Shown here piece by piece: positions 25,787 through 33,779 of a stretch of 49,349 bases of DNA. The translations under genes were made by a program, and so were the position numbers. The stretch spans positions 1 to 49,349 of IMG/VR virus record IMGVR_UViG_3300012232_000018. The stretch is one strand, 5' to 3'. The notes beneath the pieces are model-generated. The model was not told the origin of the DNA, searched no databases, and saw only the letters and a list, made by a program, of their open reading frames with translations. The first letter of the stretch is position 1, and each line of letters begins with the position of its first letter. This DNA is from a virus. Taxonomy: Duplodnaviria > Caudoviricetes.

Positions 25787-27533
25787 CAGGTTGCATCTCG
25801 GCAGGTTGTGCTCCGGAGCCTTGCAGCTGTTCCTGCGCGGCTTGCTTCAGCTTCTCGGTCTCAAGGGACTCGGTGATCGCGACGTTGTCCTGCACGATCC
25901 CATACTGCGTCCAGCCGAGGACATCTTCTAGCGCGCGGGCGACTGCCTTGCCGCTGATGTGCGGCGCAACCGTTGGCATCTGTTGGATGTTCTGCATCGT
26001 CTGCGTCAACTCTTGGACGAAGCGCGCCTTCTCCGCGAAATGGCGGGAGCCTACGGGGTAGAGTCGGCCGTTGCCATTCAGATCGTCCCGTGTGACGTCG
26101 ATGAAAACTGTTGCGCCGAGTTCAGGATCGACCATACGAATCTTCTCTGCGCCTCCCATCTTGCGCTGGCACTCTTCGAGCATGGAGTTGATGAGAGGCT
26201 CGAGTACGTTCTTCTCGAACCAGGCCACCTTCGCCTCGAAGATGCGACCGGCGCCGTTTTCCAGCACCTGCACTTCGTACTTGGTTTTCTCTCCAGGGGT
26301 CCGGATTCCCATGGCCTGCTTAGGAGCACCCGCTAACTCCTCCATGCGCTGCATCAAGTGCTCAATCTGCATATCAGCGTTGAGCGCAGTAGCATCCGGA
26401 CGCAGCAGGTCGACGTCACCGTCGTCGCCGCAGATAATCTTTTGACCAGGGCCGAACACGAAGTCGTTAACCGTGTTGCCTTTGACCTTGATGATCGGGT
26501 TGGCGATCTGGTCGAATACGTCGGCCTTCAGATTCTCCAGGTGGTCGATGCGGTACTGCATGCCTACCAACTGATCTAGCGGACCTTGTGCCCATAGATT
26601 GTCAGGCCGGACACGCCAACCGCAATGGAATACGGGCTTCTGGCCGAGCCAACTAGGATTCGGTTCGCAGCGGAGTGACCAACGGCGGTCGACGATCGTC
26701 GCAACGTGGTCCGGATACGAGGTCTGGGTCTTCTCGTCGTAGACGTTGCCCCACAACTCGAGAAACTCAATGCGTCCGCACTGGTAGTACTCTTCGATCG
26801 AGCCAAAGCCGTCGACAGAAAGGCCGTGGCCCTTCAGTTGGTCTATATGGTCGGTGTAATTCGCACGCAAATCTAACACACGTCTGAGTTTGACGAGATC
26901 GAAGCCTTGCGTGCCGAGCACTTCCATATCCCGAGCGACATCGCCCACCGTACGGGTGTACCGACGAATGAATGGCGTGGTTTGGAAGCTCGTGGCGGTC
27001 GGGTCTATGACGCAATCCATCGGGCTGAAGCGGACGGCCTGCGGCCCAATGTAACCCTCGATCTTCTCGCCCGACTGCGGGTCTGTTTTCACAAGGTTGA
27101 CGAATTCATGCCCGGCAAACACGTTGCCGTCGTCAATGTAGTCCAGTACCAAGCGCTCAACGACCAGTTCAAACTTGGACTGCTTGAGTTTCTGGCGCAT
27201 GTAGGCTTCAATCGCCTTGCGCTTGTTGACCGTGATCGAATCATGGTCATCTGCTACCCACTCGAACCACTCCTCGTTCGGGAAGAGCGCGGCCATGTAA
27301 TTCGCGTGCAGGTTGTCGCGGATCTGCGTGAGCTTAGGCGTGACCGTGGAGTTTTTCCACGGCAGCTTCGCATTGCTTGTGGTCCGCGTGCTGGTGCTGA
27401 ACAGGTAGTCGCGCAGTTCGCTACGCTCTGAGAGCCACACACTGCGCGCGGAACTCCAGCGCATCCACGTATCAGCGATCACGCGAGCAACGGAGTCCGG
27501 TTCGTACTCAGGGACAGAAATTGTATCAGCCAT
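25737..27533 (-). CDS. Portal protein
   Basis: 598 aa after terminase; LPWKNST..PKLTQIRDNLHANY, GWR.RPDNLW..GPL, GIRTPGEKT. Confidence 0.92.
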   Translation of the reverse strand: MADTISVPEYEPDSVARVIADTWMRWSSARSVWLSERSELRDYLFSTSTRTTSNAKLPWKNSTVTPKLTQIRDNLHANYMAALFPNEEWFEWVADDHDSITVNKRKAIEAYMRQKLKQSKFELVVERLVLDYIDDGNVFAGHEFVNLVKTDPQSGEKIEGYIGPQAVRFSPMDCVIDPTATSFQTTPFIRRYTRTVGDVARDMEVLGTQGFDLVKLRRVLDLRANYTDHIDQLKGHGLSVDGFGSIEEYYQCGRIEFLELWGNVYDEKTQTSYPDHVATIVDRRWSLRCEPNPSWLGQKPVFHCGWRVRPDNLWAQGPLDQLVGMQYRIDHLENLKADVFDQIANPIIKVKGNTVNDFVFGPGQKIICGDDGDVDLLRPDATALNADMQIEHLMQRMEELAGAPKQAMGIRTPGEKTKYEVQVLENGAGRIFEAKVAWFEKNVLEPLINSMLEECQRKMGGAEKIRMVDPELGATVFIDVTRDDLNGNGRLYPVGSRHFAEKARFVQELTQTMQNIQQMPTVAPHISGKAVARALEDVLGWTQYGIVQDNVAITESLETEKLKQAAQEQLQGSGAQPAEMQPGDFQSADTNTPEQAPA

Positions 27534-29065
27534 TATCGGTATGCAACTCCGCCGAAGCGGCCGGAGTAGATGATGTTGTCTTCTTGCTTGAATGCGTTGA
27601 TCTTGCCTGGTGCTTTGGCGATCTCAACTACGGCGGCCAATGCGTCCTTCAAGTCGTCGTGTTCCGGCTTGGCCATCACCAACTCTTCTTCTAGCGCCGG
27701 TATGAACCCGCCCCGGTAGTGCCAGATCGTTTGGTTCGCGTAGCGCGGCTCGAGCGTGGAGTTGACGCGGTCCTCTTTGCTGCGGTTGGTCGGCGGACGG
27801 TACTCGTCGATGGTGAACTGTATCTCTTCACGTCTCATGTGCTCCTTAAATTGCTCTACCACTAGCGCTTGCATCAGCGTGCACTCAGCGCGTAGCTTCT
27901 TGAAGCGCCACTTGCGGAACAGCCGCAGCGTCTGGTCGTACATGACGCTAATGCGATTGGTCTTGAAGCGTTCGATGTCGAGGATGTAGATGAAGCCGCC
28001 CTGGTCCACGCCTACCACTACGATCGCGGTATAGTCGGCCGTCTTCGAGATGGAGTACGCGAAGTCGACTGATGCGTAGACGTTGAGCGCCTTGTCCCCG
28101 AGATACCAATGTCCGGAGAGCTGTTTGAGCTGCTCGCGGTCATAATACTGAAAGCGTGTGGCGTCGAGCTGCGCGGTCTCAGCGACGTTGGGGTCGTTGT
28201 AATACTGCGCGTAGAACTGCCGGATATCGAGGTACTTGGCCTTCTTACGGGCTAGTTCTCGCTCATCAAAGCCGAAGTGCTTGCCGTCGTCTCGGTATGC
28301 CTTTGGCCATAAGAAGGCGCCGCCGACTTCAACCTTGCGCTCGAAGACCTCATATACCTGCTTCGAGACCCAATCACCGGTAGCGCTATCCTCGTACTCC
28401 TCCGTCATCTCCATCATGTCGCGATAGAGATCGGCCGGATGGTAACGGGTGCCTACGCACCACTCCTTCGCGCCCGTCGTTTCGATAGAACTGAGCTGTG
28501 AATAGAACGCACGGACGTCGACACGACCTTGGTCAGAATCGTTCCCAGGAACGACGACGTCGTCGAGTACAGCTACGTTGCAGTGAAGGCCCGTAGTGTT
28601 TGCAGTGATGCCCACCGCCTTGCACGTCGGGTCGCGTACACCCTCTTCCTTGCGCTTCGGATGGTCAACACTGAACTCTTCCGAGGTCCAACGTGCCCGC
28701 TTGTTCTCAGACACATCGACCATCTCCGGCCAGTAGTATCTGTACGCATCGGAGGTAAGGATGTTCTTGATGAACGTCAGCTGCTTCTCGGCCAGGTCGG
28801 CCGTTGCACTGACGTACAGGATCATAATGTCCGGGTGCTTGGTGATCCACCAGGCGACGCGGTAAGCGATGAGCGCCGACTTCTGGTGATCCCGGGGCAG
28901 CAGGACGAGCTGGTTGTCGAGGGCACCTGCCCGCTGCCACCAGCGGCACAGTTCCTCATGCACGATGCCGAGCATCCGCTTGGGAGCGACCAAGCGAATG
29001 AACGTCAGGAGGTCGGCCTCTGCTGCTTCGCGAATCTCAGCCCGTTTGTCGACGGGCTTTGCCAC
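27533..29065 (-). CDS. terL: Terminase large subunit
   Basis: Walker A-like LPRDHQKS, Walker B AVLDD, GTRY, RNase H-like VDFA..DYTA...HDDLKDA. Confidence 0.95.
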   Translation of the reverse strand: MAKPVDKRAEIREAAEADLLTFIRLVAPKRMLGIVHEELCRWWQRAGALDNQLVLLPRDHQKSALIAYRVAWWITKHPDIMILYVSATADLAEKQLTFIKNILTSDAYRYYWPEMVDVSENKRARWTSEEFSVDHPKRKEEGVRDPTCKAVGITANTTGLHCNVAVLDDVVVPGNDSDQGRVDVRAFYSQLSSIETTGAKEWCVGTRYHPADLYRDMMEMTEEYEDSATGDWVSKQVYEVFERKVEVGGAFLWPKAYRDDGKHFGFDERELARKKAKYLDIRQFYAQYYNDPNVAETAQLDATRFQYYDREQLKQLSGHWYLGDKALNVYASVDFAYSISKTADYTAIVVVGVDQGGFIYILDIERFKTNRISVMYDQTLRLFRKWRFKKLRAECTLMQALVVEQFKEHMRREEIQFTIDEYRPPTNRSKEDRVNSTLEPRYANQTIWHYRGGFIPALEEELVMAKPEHDDLKDALAAVVEIAKAPGKINAFKQEDNIIYSGRFGGVAYR

Positions 29066-29068
29066 GGG

Positions 29069-29431
29069 TTACTTGTAGTACACAGCCCACGCGCGTAGAT
29101 CGTAGGTGCCATCGGTCTTGGTCGCCGTGAAGCGGACTTTGCCGGGCACTACGTCATTCGCGATGACATTCGCCACGGCAACTACGCCGGGCAGGATCGC
29201 GAGGCGGATCGTGGTGTTGCTATCATCCACTTGCGCGGTAATCTTCTGGACAACACCGCCGGCGGGGGTGAGTGCGCTCAGACTGAAGTCCCAGGTCGGG
29301 CTGACCTTCTTGTCGGATGTGGTGACATAGACTTCAACGCCAGCGCAGTCGCGCGTGACGAAGTCGACGCTGAATGTCGCGGCGGAGTCATCCGTCTGCG
29401 GCAGAATTTCTTCGATACCTACGACTTGCAT
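29069..29431 (-). CDS. Hypothetical beta-rich protein
   Basis: AAGGAG RBS; fills the gap between terS and terL. Confidence 0.7.
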   Translation of the reverse strand: MQVVGIEEILPQTDDSAATFSVDFVTRDCAGVEVYVTTSDKKVSPTWDFSLSALTPAGGVVQKITAQVDDSNTTIRLAILPGVVAVANVIANDVVPGKVRFTATKTDGTYDLRAWAVYYK

Positions 29432-29434
29432 TGC

Positions 29435-29986
29435 TTACTCCTTGGGTTTGGGGACAAGGCCGAGGCGCACTGCATCCTCGGCTGTACGATCTTTCACGGC
29501 CTCGGTGATCTTCTTTTCCTTAGCCTTACCTTCCTTGGTGCGAAGGCGTTTGTCTTCGATGAAGCCGCCCTCTGCGAGCCACTTCGCTGCGCCTGCTGCG
29601 CCAGGTGAAGTACTACCGGCCAATGAGAACATATGCTTCGCACCGTAGGCGCGAACCTTGATCTCGACTTCCTGGCGCCACTCGTCGAACATGGCCTCGA
29701 GGTGCTTGTTGCTGCGCAGTGCTGTCCAATGCTGCCAGTTGCCGATCAGTACCATTGCGGTGATGTATTCGGTCGGGTCAGCGATGTCGAGGTATATGCG
29801 CTTCCAGTCATCCAGGTCGAACACGGCGCCGGGGCCGAAGAACAACGCGGTGATGAGGTACTTGTTCTGCGCCGTTAATACGAGTGCTTTGTTGCCGGCG
29901 TAATCGAAGTTCTCGTACACACCATTCGCTGGCGCCGGATAGACGTGATATGGGACGGTCTTCGGTTGGGGTTCAAACAAGGCCAT
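29435..29986 (-). CDS. Putative terminase small subunit
   Basis: DPTEY..A....GNWQHW..L......W..E.E.K...AAKWLA motif and position upstream of terL; start uncertain. Confidence 0.6.
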   Translation of the reverse strand: MALFEPQPKTVPYHVYPAPANGVYENFDYAGNKALVLTAQNKYLITALFFGPGAVFDLDDWKRIYLDIADPTEYITAMVLIGNWQHWTALRSNKHLEAMFDEWRQEVEIKVRAYGAKHMFSLAGSTSPGAAGAAKWLAEGGFIEDKRLRTKEGKAKEKKITEAVKDRTAEDAVRLGLVPKPKE

Positions 29987-30422
29987 GCGGGTGCCACTTC
30001 CAGTATAGGGTTCCGACATCCATCCAGTGCCACTGAGGATCGTAGAGTTTGAAGCCGCACTTGATGAAGTTGTTGCTCGACCAGGTGTTCCACCCAGTCG
30101 TCGTTGCAAGCAAGGTGTGGATACCGTTGTCGCTACAGTAATCTTGAGAGACGCGGATCAGGCGCTTCTGTAGGCCCTTGCCGCGCGCTGCTTTGAGTAC
30201 ACCGCTTCGTGTCCGGAGTGCGCAACCTGGTTCGCCAGAGAGCAGCCGCATTCCGCTAAAGCCGATCGGGGCGTTGGTGCCGTGCTCCCGCATGATCCAA
30301 TAGATGCCATCTTCCGGGTTGTCCGGAGTGTCATCCGCAAACATGATGCGGTCCATAGCGCGAATGTCGTCGAAGTCGCGAGCGCTACGAGCCCGAGTGA
30401 TGTAGTAAGGGCTGAGTGCCAC
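29973..30422 (-). CDS. GNAT-family acetyltransferase
   Basis: RSGVLKAARGKGLQKRLI, N..S.NNFIKCGFKLY; GTG start estimated. Confidence 0.85.
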   Translation of the reverse strand: MALSPYYITRARSARDFDDIRAMDRIMFADDTPDNPEDGIYWIMREHGTNAPIGFSGMRLLSGEPGCALRTRSGVLKAARGKGLQKRLIRVSQDYCSDNGIHTLLATTTGWNTWSSNNFIKCGFKLYDPQWHWMDVGTLYWKWHPHGLV

Positions 30423-30426
30423 AAGT

Positions 30427-30594
30427 TCATTTGTGCTTGGCAACCCAACGTTGAACAGTCTTCGTCTCCCACACGCGAATGCAGGTGTAGACGAGAGTGG
30501 CGAGACCGACCAGCACAGTGATGATGGGTGCAACCCACACGGATATCACTGTCATACCGACACCGCCTCCGATTAGGACATCCGGGCGATTCAT
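30427..30594 (-). CDS. Small holin-like membrane protein (55 aa)
   Basis: MNRPDVLIGGGVGMTVISVWVAPIITVLVGLATLVYTCIRVWETKTVQRWVAKHK: hydrophobic core and basic tail. Below the ORF-track cutoff. Confidence 0.6.
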   Translation of the reverse strand: MNRPDVLIGGGVGMTVISVWVAPIITVLVGLATLVYTCIRVWETKTVQRWVAKHK

Positions 30595-30619
30595 TTCTTC
30601 AACTCTTTCATGTGGCGAT

Positions 30620-31072
30620 CTACTTTTTCACTCTCTCGTAGGTACGCATCCCGCCGAGCCCGAGCATGCCGCCAAGGATCGTCATCAGAACGCTGGTGTC
30701 AAGGATCGGCGGCGTACTCGGAAAGTGTAACACCGGAGTAAGCCAGACCAGTAGCGGTTGCAGGAGTACGGAGTACAACAGGCCGATACCGCCGACCCAG
30801 CCAACGAAGGGGCGCCAGCCGCCTTTGAAGACACCGTCACTTGCTGCTTCGACCTTGTTGATTTCCATCTGACCTTGCGCCAGTTGCGTCTCTGCAGCCA
30901 TCTGAGCAAGTTCACCACTCTGCTGGAGCTTGAGCAGTTCGAGCGCCGCTGCAGCCTTCGCTTGTGGATCAGGGATTACTTTGTCCAGCACCTTACCGAT
31001 GACGGACACAACACCGCCGACAGCTGCGCTGACGGGGTTTGAGTTTGCGAGGATGTCGAGAATGGATGCCAT
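30620..31072 (-). CDS. Holin (GTA/3TM holin-like family)
   Basis: DKVIPDP, QMEINKVEA, GWRPFVGW, GMLGLGGMRTYE. Confidence 0.8.
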   Translation of the reverse strand: MASILDILANSNPVSAAVGGVVSVIGKVLDKVIPDPQAKAAAALELLKLQQSGELAQMAAETQLAQGQMEINKVEAASDGVFKGGWRPFVGWVGGIGLLYSVLLQPLLVWLTPVLHFPSTPPILDTSVLMTILGGMLGLGGMRTYERVKK

Positions 31073-31094
31073 TGGCTTAATAACGATAACACCA

Positions 31095-32060
31095 CTACCA
31101 AGTTACAATAATTACTAGTCCGTCCCCACCATCTCCACCACGGCCACCACCACCACCACCACTCAGTCCTCCGCCACCACCGCCGCCTCCTGCGCCATAA
31201 CAACCGCGTGCGCCATTACCACCAGCAGCGCCACTAGCGCCACCTGATCCGCCGCCACCGAGACCGCCGACATTCAGGCCTCGGGACTGCCCACCATAAC
31301 CCGGGTATATGGTGCCGCCCGCGCCACCTGCGGCATTGGTGCCTAGGGTACCGCCCGCGAGCGCTAAGGCCCATGACGTTGATGCTATCGCAGCCAAGCC
31401 GCCACCTGCGCCACCTGCTGAACTCGCTCCACCGCCACCTGCGCCACCTAGTACGAGATTCGTAGCAGGCGCGGTTATATCAGTACCCGCTGCAGTCGAT
31501 CCGCCGTTGACGCCAGCAATACCGACCAGCCAATCAGGTAGCCCCCAGGTAGACCCCAAGGGCATATTAGTTGCGGCCGCAACGTTAGGAGTTGTGCCAC
31601 CAGTGCCGCCAGCTGCAGTTGTGCCGCCGTTACCACCATCTGGTACTGTGCCGCCACCTGACTGTATGACAACACCCGCAGCACCACCGGCCGGGTGGTT
31701 AGACACTTTCGAAACCGCGCCGTTACCGCCATCGGTGCCATTGCCGGTGCCGGCATTACCAGCATTGCCGGTGCCGCCTTGAGGCACCAGAACGAATAGT
31801 TGGTCCGGCAGAAACATCAACGGTATAAGTAGAGTAGCGCGCGAAGCGCTAGCGCCGCCGCCACCACCTCCTCGGGTGTTGGTACTGGTGTTACCCGCAC
31901 CACTACCGCCACCAGCGCCGGAACCCAGTGCGAACATGAACGCCATGGTTCCCCCTCGGGGTTTAAACCATGTCTGTACGGATGCCGCAGACTTCGCATA
32001 GAAAATCTTCGTGTTTTCTGGATTGAATGCGCTATTCGGCAGACTAAAAACATCCAGCAT
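31095..32060 (-). CDS. Glycine-rich virion/adhesin-like protein, paralog 1
   Basis: W.KPRG..M.FMFA.G.GGGGG, poly-Gly blocks, C-terminal GG.G.VIIVTW. Confidence 0.75.
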   Translation of the reverse strand: MLDVFSLPNSAFNPENTKIFYAKSAASVQTWFKPRGGTMAFMFALGSGAGGGSGAGNTSTNTRGGGGGGASASRATLLIPLMFLPDQLFVLVPQGGTGNAGNAGTGNGTDGGNGAVSKVSNHPAGGAAGVVIQSGGGTVPDGGNGGTTAAGGTGGTTPNVAAATNMPLGSTWGLPDWLVGIAGVNGGSTAAGTDITAPATNLVLGGAGGGGASSAGGAGGGLAAIASTSWALALAGGTLGTNAAGGAGGTIYPGYGGQSRGLNVGGLGGGGSGGASGAAGGNGARGCYGAGGGGGGGGLSGGGGGGRGGDGGDGLVIIVTW

Positions 32061-32069
32061 GTGTGTCTC

Positions 32070-33041
32070 CTACCACGATATGATAACTACTAGACCAGGA
32101 CCGCCGTTGCCGCCGCGACCACCGCCGCCGGCACCATCGCGGCCACCACCGCCGCCTCCACCCCCAGCGCCCCAAGCTCCATGACCACCTCGTCCACCAG
32201 CAGCCCCGGTTGCACCGCCAGAACCACCGCCGCCTGTACCGCCGACGCTGAGACCTAAGAACATGTTCCCGTATTTCGGGTACGCAGAGTTACCATCGCC
32301 TCCAGCCGCGTTCGTACCCAGTAGCCCACCGGGGATTGCGATCGCCCATGGCGTGTTAGATATAAGTGACAACCCACCCCCGTTACTTCCTGCAGCTGCC
32401 CCGCCACCTCCACCCGCACCGGGGCATATGAGATTCGAGCTAGGGGTAGTCGTGTTTGTCCCTGTAGTAAGAGATCCAGCAACGCCGGCGAGTCCAGCCG
32501 AGAAACGCGGGATACCGAACGTAGCGCCGAACGGCATACTTACCGCTGTTGCCGCCGAAGGAGCCGAGCCACCGCCACCGCCTGCAACATCTGAACCGGC
32601 AATGCCGCCACCTGCATTAGCCGCCCCCAACCCAGAAGAAATTACCCGTGATGCGACCCCTTGACCCGGGTCGGTAGAAACAATGGACGCACTACCTGCG
32701 GCGCCATCAAATCCAGCGCCGGTATTGGTTTGTCCCAAGCCGCCCGCTGATACCTTCGGAATACCTATGTACAATGTATCTGGTAGGAATATCGCGGGGA
32801 TGAGAAGAGTCGTACGTGATGCAGCCGCACCACTACCGCCACCACCACGAGTATTGGTACCAGAATTCCCGCCGCCGCCTCCACCACCGCCCCCAGTACC
32901 GACCGCAAACATAAACACCATGTTTATACCGCGTGGCTTGTTCCACACCGGCATCCGGTCAAATGAGCTGGCGCTGTTTCCGCCGTAAATCTTTACGTTT
33001 TCCGGGGCGAACGTACTATTAGGTAAATGGAATATATCCAT
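32070..33041 (-). CDS. Glycine-rich virion/adhesin-like protein, paralog 2
   Basis: Collinear with 31095..32060 (MD.F.LPNS.F.PEN.KI, LLIP..FLPD.L). Confidence 0.75.
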   Translation of the reverse strand: MDIFHLPNSTFAPENVKIYGGNSASSFDRMPVWNKPRGINMVFMFAVGTGGGGGGGGGNSGTNTRGGGGSGAAASRTTLLIPAIFLPDTLYIGIPKVSAGGLGQTNTGAGFDGAAGSASIVSTDPGQGVASRVISSGLGAANAGGGIAGSDVAGGGGGSAPSAATAVSMPFGATFGIPRFSAGLAGVAGSLTTGTNTTTPSSNLICPGAGGGGGAAAGSNGGGLSLISNTPWAIAIPGGLLGTNAAGGDGNSAYPKYGNMFLGLSVGGTGGGGSGGATGAAGGRGGHGAWGAGGGGGGGGRDGAGGGGRGGNGGPGLVVIISW

Positions 33042-33050
33042 CGCACCACC

Positions 33051-33479
33051 TTAGTACTTGCCGGCAATCGCCACCGCACCGAATTGTCCTGAACCACCGG
33101 GCGCAGTTCCTAATGTAATGTAGAGTTTGTAGCCTGGCGGCAATGCAAGATTAACCGGTATAACGAAATCAGATTGCGGCTGAGTTGCACTAGTAGTAGT
33201 TGAAGGAATTCCTTGCTCAGTGAACAGAATAGAGTTGGCCGCAGTAGCCGTGGTACTTCCATTGTTAATCCAAAGACGCGCAACAGTAGTAGCCGTGTTC
33301 TGGCTGGGGCTTGGCTTAATACGGACCTCACGGACAAACCCACCCTCTGTCGCATCGGCCGTAAATACCAAGTAACTCGTACCGCTCGTCAAGTCTATGG
33401 TGTTGTTTGCCGTCACCATGGCGGTGATCCATTGCACGTCAGCCGTGCGTGTATAGATTGGCTTTACATTCGCAGTCAT
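33051..33479 (-). CDS. Virion structural protein (fibre-associated)
   Basis: MTAN..PIY, VARLWINNG, NLALPPGYKL; GAGG RBS. Confidence 0.65.
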   Translation of the reverse strand: MTANVKPIYTRTADVQWITAMVTANNTIDLTSGTSYLVFTADATEGGFVREVRIKPSPSQNTATTVARLWINNGSTTATAANSILFTEQGIPSTTTSATQPQSDFVIPVNLALPPGYKLYITLGTAPGGSGQFGAVAIAGKY

Positions 33480-33769
33480 TTAATCACCTCTGCACTTACT
33501 GCTTCTTCGGCATTCGGTAAGGGCCAAATAGCCGGGGGCCAGGCTTGTTCCTGCTCGTTCTTAACGTCTTCGCCTTTGTATTGTTCTTCAATGGGTTTTA
33601 GTGCTTCGAGGAACGAATCGACATCAAGTACATCGGTCCAGACATCTGCGCTAGCTTGTTTGCGCATCTGGAGGATGTATCGGCCTTTACGCAGCACTAC
33701 GCGCCAGGTATTCCCAGCGTCAGGTAGTTTGGCGGCGGCTTCGTATTCTGGACTCCCTGGATCAAACAT
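33476..33769 (-). CDS. Hypothetical protein
   Basis: AGGAA RBS; ATGA overlap with the downstream gene. Confidence 0.6.
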   Translation of the reverse strand: MFDPGSPEYEAAAKLPDAGNTWRVVLRKGRYILQMRKQASADVWTDVLDVDSFLEALKPIEEQYKGEDVKNEQEQAWPPAIWPLPNAEEAVSAEVIK

Positions 33770-33779
33770 TAGTTATTCC

